A DNA stretch of 64,000 bases, from assembly GCA_040954595.2 (NCBI GenBank), contig CM082585.2, positions 3,564,902-3,628,901 of the forward strand. The letters run 5' to 3'. The notes under the pieces were generated by a model. It worked only from the letters and a program-made list of their open reading frames with translations, searched no databases and was not told the origin of the DNA. How positions within the stretch are numbered: position 1 is the stretch's first letter; every line of letters begins with the position of its first letter. Made by a program: the position numbers and the translations under genes. The DNA comes from Balanoglossus misakiensis. Lineage: Eukaryota; Animalia; Hemichordata. Of this stretch, positions 37,901 through 50,669 are shown one piece after another.

Positions 37901-40900
37901 CCCCGCCGAGTTAGAAAGGGAACTCGCGGTGTCGTTCATTAATCAGGCGTGGTATATAACGCATAGGGATAGGAGAAGGGCGGGCGGAAAGCGGTCGTGT
38001 GTCTGAGCTTCTCCGGCGAGACCTCGCACAAATCCCCGGCGAGTTATAAAGGGAACTCGCAGTGTCGTTCATTAAGCAGGCGTGGTATATAACGCATAGG
38101 GATAGGAGAAGGGCGGGCGGAAAGCCGTCGTGTGTCTGAGCTTCTCCGGCGAGACCTCGCACAAATCCCCGCCGAGTTAGAAAGGGAACTCGCGGTGTCG
38201 TTCATTAAGCAGGCGTGGTATATAACGCATAGGGATAGGAGAAGGGCGGGCGGAAAGCGGTCGTCTGTCTGAGCTTCTCCGGCGAGACCTCGCACAAATC
38301 CCCGGCGAGTTAGAAAGGGAACTCGCGGTGTCGTTCATTAAGCAGGCGTGGTATATAACGCATAGGGATAGGAGAAGGGCGGGCGGAAAGCGGTCGTGTG
38401 TCTGAGCTTCTCCGGCGAGACCTCGCACAAATCCCCGGCGAGTTAGAAAGGGAACTCGCAGTGTCGTTCATTAAGCAGGCGTGTTATATAACGCATAGGG
38501 ATAGGAGAAGGGCGGGCGGAAAGCGGTCGTGTGTCTGAGCTTCTCCGGCGAGACCTCGCACAAATCCCCGACGAGTTAGAAAGGGAACTCGTGGTGTCGT
38601 TCATTAAACAGGCGTGGTATATAACGCATAGGGATAGGAGAAGGCGGGCGGAAAGCGGTCGTGTGTCTGAGCTTCTCCGGCGAGACCTCGCACAAATCCC
38701 CGACGAGTTAGAAAGGGAACTCGTGGTGTCGTTCATTAAACAGGCGTGGTATATAACGCATAGGGATAGGAGAAGGGCGGGCGGAAAGCGGTCGTGTGTC
38801 TGAGCTACCCCGGCGAGACCTCGCACAAATCACGCCGAGTTAGAAAGGGAACTCGTGGTGTCGTTCATTAAACAGGCGTGGTATATAACGCATAGGGATA
38901 GGAGAAGGGCGGGCGGAAAGCGGTCGTGTGTCTGAGCTTCTCCGGCGAGACCTCGCACAAATCCCCGCCGAGTTAGAAAGGGAACTCGCGGTGTCGTTCA
39001 TTAAGCAGGCGTGGTATATAACGCATAGGGATAGGAGAAGGGCGGGCGGAAAGCGGTCGTGTGTCTGAGCTTCTCCGGCGAGACCTCGCACAAATCCCCG
39101 CCGAGTTAGAAAGGGAACTCGCGGTGTCGTTCATTAAGCAGGCGTGGTATATAACGCATAGGGATAGGAGAAGGGCGGGCGGAAAGCGGTCGTGTGTCTG
39201 AGCTACACCGGCGAGACCTCGCACAAATCCCCGCCGAGTTAGAAAGGGAACTCGCGGTGTCGTTCATCAAGCAGGCGTGGTATATAACGCATAGGGATAG
39301 GAGAAGGGCGGGCGGAAAGCGGTCGTGTGTCTGAGCTTCTCCGGCGAGACCTCGCACAAATCCCAGACGAGTTAGAAAGGGAACTCGTGGTGTCGTTCAT
39401 TAAGCAGGCGTGGTATATAACGCATAGGGATAGGAGAAGGGCGGGCGGAAAGCAGTCGTGTGTCTGAGCTACCCCGGCGAGACCTCGCACAAATCCCCGC
39501 CGAGTTAGAAAGGGAACTCGCGGTGTCGTTCATCAAGCAGGCCTGGTATATAACGCATAGGGATAGGAGAAGGGCGGGTGGAAAGCGGTCGTGTGTCTGA
39601 GCTTCTCCGGCGAGACCTCGCACAAATCCCAGACGAGTTAGAAAGGGAACTCGTGGTGTCGTTCATTAAGCAGGCGTGGTATATAACGCATAGGGATAGG
39701 AGAAGGGCGGGCGGAAAGCGGTCGTGTGTCTGAGCTACCCCGGCGAGACCTCGCACAAATCCCCGCCGAGTAAGAAAGGGAACTCGCGGTGTCGTTCATC
39801 AAGCAGGCGTGGTATATAACGCATTGGGATAGGAGAAGGGCGGGCGGAAAGCGGTCGTGTGTCTGAGCTTCTCCGGCGAGACCTCGCACAAATCCCCGAC
39901 GAGTTAGAAAGGGAACTCGTGGTGTCGTTCATTAAACAGGCGTGGTATATAACGCATAGGGATAGGAGAAGGGCGGGCGGAAAGCGGTCGTGTGTCTGAG
40001 CTTCCCCGGCGAGACCTCGCACAAATCCCCGACGAGTTAGAAAGGGAACTCGCTGTGTCGTTCATTAAGCAGGCGTGGTATATAACGCATAGGGATAGGA
40101 GAATGGCGGAAAGCGGTCGTGTGTCTGAGCTTCCCCGGCGAGACCTCGCACAAATCCCCGACAAGTTAGAAAGGGAACTCGTGGTGTCGTTCATTAAACA
40201 GGCGTGGTATATAACGCATAGGGATAGGAGAAGGGCGGGCGGAAAGCGGTCGTGTGTCTGAGCTACCCCGGCGAGACCTCGCACAAATCACGCCGAGTTA
40301 GAAAGGGAACTCGTGGTGTCTTTCATTAAACAGGCGTGGTATATAACGCATAGGGATAGGAGAAGGGCGGGCGGAAAGCGGTCGTGTGTCTGAGCTTCTC
40401 CGGCGAGACCTCGCACAAATCCCCGACGAGTTAGAAAGGGAACTCGTGGTGTCGTTCATTAAACAGGCGTGGTATATAACGCATAGGGATAGGAGAAGGG
40501 CGGGCGGAAAGCGGTCGTGTGTCTGAGCTTCCCCGGCGAGACCTCGCACAAATTCCCGACGAGTTAGAAAGGGAACTCGAGGTGTCGTTCATTAAGCAGG
40601 CGTGGTATATAACGCATATGGATAGGAGAATGGCGGAAAGCGGTCGTGTGTCTGAGCTTCCCCGGCGAGACCTCGCACAAATCCCCGACAAGATAGAAAG
40701 GGAACTCGCAGTGTCGTTCATTAAGCAGGCGTGGAATATAACGCATAGGGATAGGAGAAGGGCGGGCGGAAACGGTCGTGTGTCTGAGCTTCTCCGGCGA
40801 GACCTCGCACAAATCCCCGCCGAGTTAGAAAGGGAACTCGCGGTGTCGTTCATTAATCAGGCGTGGTATATAACGCATAGGGATAGGAGAAGGGCGGGCG

Positions 40901-43900
40901 GAAAGCGGTCGTGTGTCTGAGCTTCTCCGGCGAGACCTCGCACAAATCCCCGGCCAGTTAGAAAGGGAACTCGCAGTGTCGTTCATTAAGCAGGCGTGGT
41001 ATATAACGCATAGGGATAGGAGAAGGGCGGGCGGAAAGCCGTCGTGTGTCTGAGCTTCTCCGGCGAGACCTCGCACAAATCCCCGGCGAGTTAGAAAGGG
41101 AACTCGCAGTGTCGTTCATTAAGCAGGCGTGGTATATAACGCATAGGGATAGGAGAAGGGCGGGCGGAAAGCGGTCGTGTGTCTGAGCTTCTCCGGCGAG
41201 ACCTCGCACAAATCCCCGACGAGTTAGAAAGGGAACTCGTGGTGTCGTTCATTAAACAGGCGTGGTATATAACGCATAGCATATAGGGATAGGAGAAGGG
41301 CGGGCGGAAAGCGGTCGTGTGTCTGAGCTTCCCCGGCGAGACCTCGCACAAATCCCCGACGAGTTAGAAAGGGAACTCGCTGTGTCGTTCATTAAGCAGG
41401 CGTGGTATATAACGCATAGGGATAGGAGAATGGCGGAAAGCGGTCGTGTGTCTGAGCTTCCCCGGCGAGACCTCGCACAAATCCCCGACAAGTTAGAAAG
41501 GGAACTCGTGGTGTCGTTCATTAAACAGGCGTGGTATATAACGCTTAGGGATAGGAGAAGGGCGGGCGGAAAGCGGTCGTGTGTCTGAGCTTCCCCGGCG
41601 AGACCACGCACAAATCCCCGCCGAGTTAGAAAGGGAAATCGTGGTGTCTTCATTAAGCAGGCGTGGTATATAACGCATAGGGATATGAGAAGGGCGGGCG
41701 GAAAGCGGTCGTGTGTCTGAGCTTCTCCGGCGAGACCTCGCACAAATCCCCGCCGAGTTAGAAAGGGAACTCGCGGTGTCGTTCATTAAGCAGGCGTGGT
41801 ATATAACGCATAGGGATAGGAGAAGGGCGGGCGGAAAGCGGTCGTGTGTCTGACCTACCCCGGCGAGACCTCGCACAAATCCCCGCCGAGTTAGAAAGGG
41901 AACTCGCGGTGTCGTTCATCAAGCAGGCGTGGTATATAACGCATAGGGATAGGAGAAGGGCGGGCGGAAAGCGGTCGTGTGTCTGAGCTTCTCCGGCGAG
42001 ACCTCGCACAAATCCCCGGCGAGTTAGAAATGGAACTCGTGGTGTCGTTCATTAAACAGGCGTGGTATATAACGCATAGCATATAGGGATAGGAGAAGGG
42101 CGGGCGGAAAGCGGTCGTGTGTCTGAGCTTCCCCGGCGAGACCTCGCACAAATCCCCGACGAGTTAGAAAGGGAACTCGCTGTGTCGTTCATTAAGCAGG
42201 CGTGGTATATAACGCATAGGGATAGGAGAATGGCGGAAAGCGGTCGTGTGTCTGAGCTTCCCCGGCGAGACCTCGCACAAATCCCCGACAAGTTAGAAAG
42301 GGAACTCGTGGTGTCGTTCATTAAACAGGCGTGGTATATAACGCTTAGGGATAGGAGAAGGGCGGGCGGAAAGCGGTCGTGTGTCTGAGCTTCTCCGGCG
42401 AGACCTCGCACAAATCCCCGACGAGTTAGAAAGGGAACTCGTGGTGTCATTCATTAAACAGGCGTGGTATATAACGCATAGGGATAGGAGAAGGGCGGGC
42501 GGAAAGCGGTCGTGTGTCTGAGCTACCCCGGCGAGACCTCGCACAAATCACGCCGAGTTAGAAAGGGAACTCGTGGTGTCTTTCATTAAACAGGCGTGGT
42601 ATATAACGCATAGGGATAGGAGAAGGGCGGGCGGAAAGCGGTCGTGTGTCTGAGCTTCTCCGGCGAGACCTCGCACAAATCCCCGCCGAGTTAGAAAGGG
42701 AACTCGCGGTGTCGTTCATTAAGCAGGCGTGGTATATAACGCATAGGGATAGGAGAAGGGCGGGCGGAAAGCGGTCGTGTGTCTGAGCTTCTCCGGCGAG
42801 ACCTCGCACAAATCCCCGCCGAGTTAGAAAGGGAACTCGCGGTGTCGTTCATTAAGCAGGCGTGGTATATAACGCATAGGGATAGGAGAAGGGCGGGCGG
42901 AAAGCGGTCGTGTGTCTGAGCTTCTCCGGCGAGACCTCGCACAAATCCCCGGCGAGTTAGAAAGGGAACTCGCAGTGTCGTTCATTAAGCAGGCGTGGTA
43001 TATAACGCATAGGGATAGGAGAAGGGCGGGCGGAAAGCGGTCGTGTGTCTGAGCTTCTCCGGCGAGACCTCGCACAATTCCCCGACGAGATAGAAAGGGA
43101 ACTCGCGGTGTCGTTCATTAAGCAGGCGTGGTATATAACGCATAGGGATAGGAGAAGGGCGGGCGGAAAGCCGTCGTGTGTCTGAGCTTCTCCGGCGAGA
43201 CCTCGCACAAATCCCCGCCGAGTTAGAAAGGGAACTCGCGGTGTCGTTCATTAAGCAGGCGTGGTATATAACGCATAGGGATAGGAGAAGGGCGGGCGGA
43301 AAGCGGTCGTGTGTCTGAGCTTCTCCGGCGAGACCTCGCACAAATCCCCGGCGAGTTAGAAAGGGAACTCGCAGTGTCGTTCATTAAGCAGGCGTGGTAT
43401 ATAACGCATAGGGATAGGAGAAGGGCGGGCGGAAAGCGGTCGTGTGTCTGAGCTTCTCCGGCGAGACCTCGCACAATTCCCCGACGAGATAGAAAGGGAA
43501 CTCGCGGTGTCGTTCATTAAGCAGGCGTGGTATATAACGCATAGGGATAGGAGAAGGGCGGGCGGAAAGCCGTCGTGTGTCTGAGCTTCTCCGGCGAGAC
43601 CTCGCACAAATCCCCGCCGAGTTAGAAAGGGAACTCGCGGTGTCGTTCATTAAGCAGGCGTGGTATATAACGCATAGGGATAGGAGAAGGGCGGGCGGAG
43701 AGCGGTCGTGTGTCTGAGCTTCTCCGGCGAGACCTCGCACAAATCCCCGGCGAGTTAGAAAGGGAACTCGCAGTGTCGTTCATCAAGCAGGCGTGGTATA
43801 TAACGCATAGGGATAGGAGAAGGGCGGGCGGAAAGCGGTCGTGTGTCTGAGCTTCTCCGGCGAGACCTCGCACAAATCCCCGACGAGTTAGAAAGGGAAC

Positions 43901-46900
43901 TCGTGGTGTCGTTCATTAAACAGGCGTGGTATATAACGCATAGGGATAGGAGAAGGGCGGGCGGAAAGCGGTCGTGTGTCTGAGCTTCTCCGGCGAGACC
44001 TCGCACAAATCCCCGGCGAGTTAGAAAGGGAACTCGCAGTGTCGTTCATTAAGCAGGCGTGGTATATAACGCATAGGGATAGGAGAAGGGCGGGCGGAAA
44101 GCGGTCGTGTGTCTGAGCTTCTCCGGCGAGACCTCGCACAAATCCCCGACGAGTTAGAAAGGGAACTCGTGGTGTCGTTCATTAAACAGGCGTGGTATAT
44201 AACGCATAGGGATAGGAGAAGGGCGGGCGGAAAGCGGTCGTGTGTCTGAGCTTCTCCGGCGAGACCTCGCACAAATCCCCGACGAGTTAGAAAGGGAACT
44301 CGTGGTGTCGTTCATTAAACAGGCGTGGTATATAACGCATAGGGATAGGAGAAGGGCGGGCGGAAAGCGGTCGTGTGTCTGAGCTTCTCCGACGAGACCT
44401 CGCACAAATCCCCGACGAGTTAGAAAGGGAACTCGTGGTGTCGTTCATTAAACAGGCGTGGTATATAACGCATAGGGATAGGAGAAGGGCGGGCGGAAAG
44501 CGGTCGTGTGTCTGAGCTACCCCGGCGAGACCTCGCACAAATCACGCCGAGTTAGAAAGGGAACTCGTGGTGTCGTTCATTAAACAGGCGTGGTATATAA
44601 CGCATAGGGATAGGAAAAGGGCGGGCGGAAAGCGGTCGTGTGTCTGAGCTTCTCCGGCGAGACCTCGCACAAATCCCCGCCGAGTTAGAAAGGGAACTCG
44701 CGGTGTCGTTCATTAAGCAGGCGTGGTATATAACGCATAGGGATAGGAGAAGGGCGGGCGGAAAGCGGTCGTGTGTCTGAGCTACCCCGGCGAGACCTCG
44801 CACAAATCCCCGCCGAGTTAGAAAGGGAACTCGCGGTGTCGTTCATCAAGCAGGCGTGGTATATAACGCATAGGGATAGGAGAAGGGCGGGCGGAAAGCG
44901 GTCGTGTGTCTGAGCTTCTCCGGCGAGACCTCGCACAAATCCCCGACGAGTTAGAAAGGGAACTCGTGGTGTCGTTCATTAAACAGGCGTGGTATATAAC
45001 GCATAGCATATAGGGATAGGAGAAGGGCGGGCGGAAAGCGGTCGTGTGTCTGAGCTTCCCCGGCGAGACCTCGCACAAATCCCCGACGAGTTAGAAAGGG
45101 AACTCGCTGTGTCGTTCATTAAGCAGGCGTGGTATATAACGCATAGGGATAGGAGAATGGCGGAAAGCGGTCGTGTGTCTGAGCTTCCCCGGCGAGACCT
45201 CGCACAAATCCCCGACAAGTTAGAAAGGGAACTCGCGGTGTCGTTCATCAAGCAGGCGTGGTATATAACGCATAGGGATAGGAGAAGGGCGGGCGGAAAG
45301 CGGTCGTGTGTCTGAGCTTCTCCGGCGAGACCTCGCACAAATCCCCGACGAGTTAGAAAGGGAACTCGTGGTGTCGTTCATTAAACAGGCGTGGTATATA
45401 ACGCATAGGGATAGGAGAAGGGCGGGCGGAAAGCGGTCGTGTGTCTGAGCTTCCCCGGCGAGACCTCGCACAAATCCCCGACGAGTTAGAAAGGGAACTC
45501 GCTGTGTCGTTCATTAAGCAGGCGTGGTATATAACGCATAGGGATAGGAGAATGGCGGAAAGCGGTCGTGTGTCTGAGCTTCCCCGGCGAGACCTCGCAC
45601 AAATCCCCGACAAGTTAGAAAGGGAACTCGTGGTGTCGTTCATTAAACAGGCGTGGTATATAACGCTTAGGGATAGGAGAAGGGCGGGCGGAAAGCGGTC
45701 GTGTGTCTGAGCTTCTCCGGCGAGACCTCGCACAAATCCCCGACGAGTTAGAAAGGGAACTCGTGGTGTCGTTCATTAAACAGGCGTGGTATATAACGCA
45801 TAGGGATGGATAGGAGAAGGGCGGGCGGAAAGCGGTCGTGTGTCTGAGCTTCTCCGGCGAGACCTCGCACAAATCCCCGCCGAGTTAGAAAGGGAACTCG
45901 CGGTGTCGTTCATTAAGCAGGCGTGGTTTATAACGCATAGGGATAGGAGAAGGGCGGGCGGAAAGCGGTCGTGTGTCTGAGCTTCCCCGGCGAGACCTCG
46001 CACAAATCACCGCCGAGTTAGAAAGGGAACTCGAGGTGTCGTTCATTAAGCAGGCGTGGTATATAACGCATAGGGATAGGAGAATGGCTGGCGGAAAGCG
46101 GTCGTGTGTCTGAGCTTCCCCGGCGAGACCTCGCACAAATCCCCGACGAGTTAGAAAGGGAACTCGCAGTGTCGTTCATTAAGCAGGCGTGGTATATAAC
46201 GCATAGGGATAGGAGAAGGGCGGGCGGTAAGCGGTCGTGTGTCTGAGCTTCCCCGGCGAGACCTCGCACAAATCCCCGACGAGTTAGAAAGGGAACTCGC
46301 AGTGTCGTTCATTAAGAAGGCGTGGTATATAACGCATAGGGATATGAGAAGGGCGGGCGGAAAGCTGTCGTGTGTCTGAGCTTCTCCGGCGAGACCTCGC
46401 ACAAATCCCCGACGAGTTAGAAAGAGAACTCGCAGTGTCGTTCATTAAGCAGGCGTGGTATATAACGCATAGGGATAGGAGAAGGGCGGGCGAAAAGCGG
46501 TCGTGTGTCTGAGCTTCTCCGGCGAGACCTCGCACAAATCCCCGCCGAGTTAGAAAGGGAACTCGCGGTGTCGTTCATTAAGCAGGCATGGTATTTAACG
46601 CATAGGGATATGAGAAGAGCGGGCGGAAAGCGGTCGTGTGTCTGAGCTTCCCCGGCGAGACCACGCACAAATCCCCGCCGAGTTAGAAAGGGAACTCTCA
46701 GTGTCGTTCATTAAGCGGGCGTGGTATATAACGCATAGGGATAGGAGAAGGGCAGGCGGAAAGCCGTCGTGTGTCTGAGCTTCTCCGGCGAGACCTCGCA
46801 CAAATCCCCGACGAGTTAGAAAGAGAACTCGCAGTGTCGTTCATTAAGCAGGCGTGGTATATAACGCATAGGGATAGGAGAAGGGCGGGCGAAAAGCGGT

Positions 46901-49900
46901 CGTGTGTCTGAGCTTCTCCGGCGAGACCTCGCACAAATCCCCGCCGAGTTAGAAAGGGAACTCGCGGTGTCGTTCATAAGCAGGCATGGTATATAACGCA
47001 TAGGGATATGAGAAGAGCGGGCGGAAAGCCGTCGTGTGTCTGAGCTTCCCCGGCGAGACCACGCACAAATCCCCGCCGAGTTAGTAAGGGAACTCGTGGT
47101 GTCTTCATTAAGCAGGCGTGGTATATAACGCATAGGGATATGAGAAGAACGGGCGGATAGCCGTCGTGTGCCTGAGCTTCCCCGGCGAGACCACGCACAA
47201 ATCCCCGCCGAGTTAGAAAGGGAACTCTCAGTGTCGTTCATTAAGCGGGCGTGGTATATAACGCATAGGGATAGGAGAAGGGCGGGCGGAAAGCGGTCGT
47301 GTGTCTGAGCTTCTCCGGCGAGACCTCGCACAAATCCCCGACGAGTTAGAAAGAGAACTCGCAGTGTCGTTCATTAAGCAGGCGTGGTATATAACGAATA
47401 GGGATAGGAGAAGGGCGGGCGAAAAGCGGTCGTGTGTCTGAGCTTCTCCGGCGAGACCTCGCACAAATCCCCGGCGAGTTAGAAAGGGAACTCGCGGTGT
47501 CGTTCATTAAACAGGCGTGGTATATAACGCATAGGGATAGGAGAAGGGCGGGCGGAAAGCGGTCGTGTGTCTGAGCTTCTCCGGCGAGACCTCGCACAAA
47601 TCCCCGCCGAGTTAGAAAGGGAACTCGCGGTGTCGTTCATTAAGCAGGCGTGGTATATAACGCATAGGGATAGGAGAAGGGCGGGCGGAAAGCGGTCGTG
47701 TGTCTGAGCTACCCCGGCGAGACCTCGCACAATTCCCCGACGAGATAGAAAGGGAACTCGCTGTGTCGTTCATTAAGCAGGCGTGGTATATAACGCATAG
47801 GGATAGGAGAAGGGCGGGCGGAAAGCCGTCGTGTGTCTGAGCTTCTCCGGCGAGACCTCGCACAAATCCCCGCCGAGTTAGAAAGGGAATTCGCGGTGTC
47901 GTTCATTAAGCAGGCGTGGTATATAACGCATAGGGATAGGAGAAGGGCGGGCGGAAAGCGGTCGTGTGTCTGAGCTTCTCCGGCGAGACCTCGCACAAAT
48001 CCCCGGCGAGTTAGAAAGGGAACTCGCAGTGTCGTTCATTAAGCAGGCGTGGTATATAACGCATAGGGATAGGAGAAGGGCGGGCGGAAAGCGGTCGTGT
48101 GTCTGAGCTTCTCCGGCGAGACCTCGCACAATTCCCCGACGAGATAGAAAGGGAACTCGCGGTGTCGTTCATTAAGCAGGCGTGGTATATAACGCATAGG
48201 GATAGGAGAAGGGCGGGCGGAAAGCCGTCGTGTGTCTGAGCTTCTCCGGCGAGACCTCGCACAAATCCCCGCCGAGTTAGAAAGGGAACTCGCGGTGTCG
48301 TTCATTAAGCAGGCGTGGTATATAACGCATAGGGATAGGAGAAGGGCGGGCGGAAAGCGGTCGTGTGTCTGAGCTTCTCCGGCGAGACCTCGCACAAATC
48401 CCCGGCGAGTTAGAAAGGGAACTCGCAGTGTCGTTCATTAAGCAGGCGTGGTATATAACGCATAGGGATAGGAGAAGGGCGGGCGGAAAGCGGTCGTGTG
48501 TCTGAGCTTCTCCGGCGAGACCTCGCACAATTCCCCGACGAGATAGAAAGGGAACTCGCGGTGTCGTTCATTAAGCAGGCGTGGTATATAACGCATAGGG
48601 ATAGGAGAAGGGCGGGCGGAAAGCGGTCGTGTGTCTGAGCTTCTCCGGCGAGACCTCGCACAAATCCCCGCCGAGTTAGAAAGGGAACTCGCGGTGTCGT
48701 TCATTAAGCAGGCGTGGTATATAACGCATAGGGATAGGAGAAGGGCGGGCGGAGAGCGGTCGTGTGTCTGAGCTTCTCCGGCGAGACCTCGCACAAATCC
48801 CCGGCGAGTTAGAAAGGGAACTCGCAGTGTCGTTCATCAAGCAGGCGTGGTATATAACGCATAGGGATAGGAGAAGGGCGGGCGGAAAGCGGTCGTGTGT
48901 CTGAGCTTCTCCGGCGAGACCTCGCACAAATCCCCGACGAGTTAGAAAGGGAACTCGTGGTGTCGTTCATTAAACAGGCGTGGTATATAACGCATAGGGA
49001 TAGGAGAAGGGCGGGCGGAAAGCGGTCGTGTGTCTGAGCTTCTCCGGCGAGACCTCGCACAAATCCCCGGCGAGTTAGAAAGGGAACTCGCAGTGTCGTT
49101 CATTAAGCAGGCGTGGTATATAACGCATAGGGATAGGAGAAGGGCGGGCGGAAAGCGGTCGTGTGTCTGAGCTTCTCCGGCGAGACCTCGCACAAATCCC
49201 CGACGAGTTAGAAAGGGAACTCGTGGTGTCGTTCATTAAACAGGCGTGGTATATAACGCATAGGGATAGGAGAAGGGCGGGCGGAAAGCGGTCGTGTGTC
49301 TGAACTTCTCCGGCGAGACCTCGCACAAATCCCCGACGAGTTAGAAAGGGAACTCGTGGTGTCGTTCATTAAACAGGCGTGGTATATAACGCATAGGGAT
49401 AGGAGAAGGGCGGGCGGAAAGCGGTCGTGTGTCTGAGCTTCTCCGACGAGACCTCGCACAAATCCCCGACGAGTTAGAAAGGGAACTCGTGGTGTCGTTC
49501 ATTAAACAGGCGTGGTATATAACGCATAGGGATAGGAGAAGGGCGGGCGGAAAGCGGTCGTGTGTCTGAGCTACCCCGGCGAGACCTCGCACAAATCACG
49601 CCGAGTTAGAAAGGGAACTCGTGGTGTCGTTCATTAAACAGGCGTGGTATATAACGCATAGGGATAGGAAAAGGGCGGGCGGAAAGCGGTCGTGTGTCTG
49701 AGCTTCTCCGGCGAGACCTCGCACAAATCCCCGCCGAGTTAGAAAGGGAACTCGCGGTGTCGTTCATTAAGCAGGCGTGGTATATAACGCATAGGGATAG
49801 GAGAAGGGCGGGCGGAAAGCGGTCGTGTGTCTGAGCTACCCCGGCGAGACCTCGCACAAATCCCCGCCGAGTTAGAAAGGGAACTCGCGGTGTCGTTCAT

Positions 49901-50669
49901 CAAGCAGGCGTGGTATATAACGCATAGGGATAGGAGAAGGGCGGGCGGAAAGCGGTCGTGTGTCTGAGCTTCTCCGGCGAGACCTCGCACAAATCCCCGA
50001 CGAGTTAGAAAGGGAACTCGTGGTGTCGTTCATTAAACAGGCGTGGTATATAACGCATAGCATATAGGGATAGGAGAAGGGCGGGCGGAAAGCGGTCGTG
50101 TGTCTGAGCTTCCCCGGCGAGACCTCGCACAAATCCCCGACGAGTTAGAAAGGGAACTCGCTGTGTCGTTCATTAAGCAGGCGTGGTATATAACGCATAG
50201 GGATAGGAGAATGGCGGAAAGCGGTCGTGTGTCTGAGCTTCCCCGGCGAGACCTCGCACAAATCCCCGACAAGTTAGAAAGGGAACTCGTGGTGTCGTTC
50301 ATTAAACAGGCGTGGTATATAACGCTTAGGGATAGGAGAAGGGCGGGCGGAAAGTGGTCGTGTGTCTGAGCTTCCCCGGCGAGACCACGCACAAATCCCC
50401 GCCGAGTTAGAAAGGGAACTCGTGGTGTCTTCATTAAGCAGGCGTGGTATATAACGCATAGGGATATGAGAAGAGCGGGCGGATAGCCGTCGTGTGCCTG
50501 AGCTTCCCCGGCGAGACCACGCACAAATCCCCGCCGAGTTAGAAAGGGAACTCTCAGTGTCGTTCATTAAGCGGGCGTGGTATATAACGCATAGGGATAG
50601 GAGAAGGGCGGGCGGAAAGCGGTCGTGTGTCTGAGCTTCTCCGGCGAGACCTCGCACAAATCCCCGACG

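Larger units (their letters stand above)
17316..45884 (+). repeat. Large superunit (28569 bp) bounded by a recurring divergent-monomer block
   Basis: The variant series starting at 17316 restarts at 45885, and the offset 28569 holds to about 23285/51854. The same block at 182 versus 18247 gives a preceding 18065-bp unit. Confidence 0.85.
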
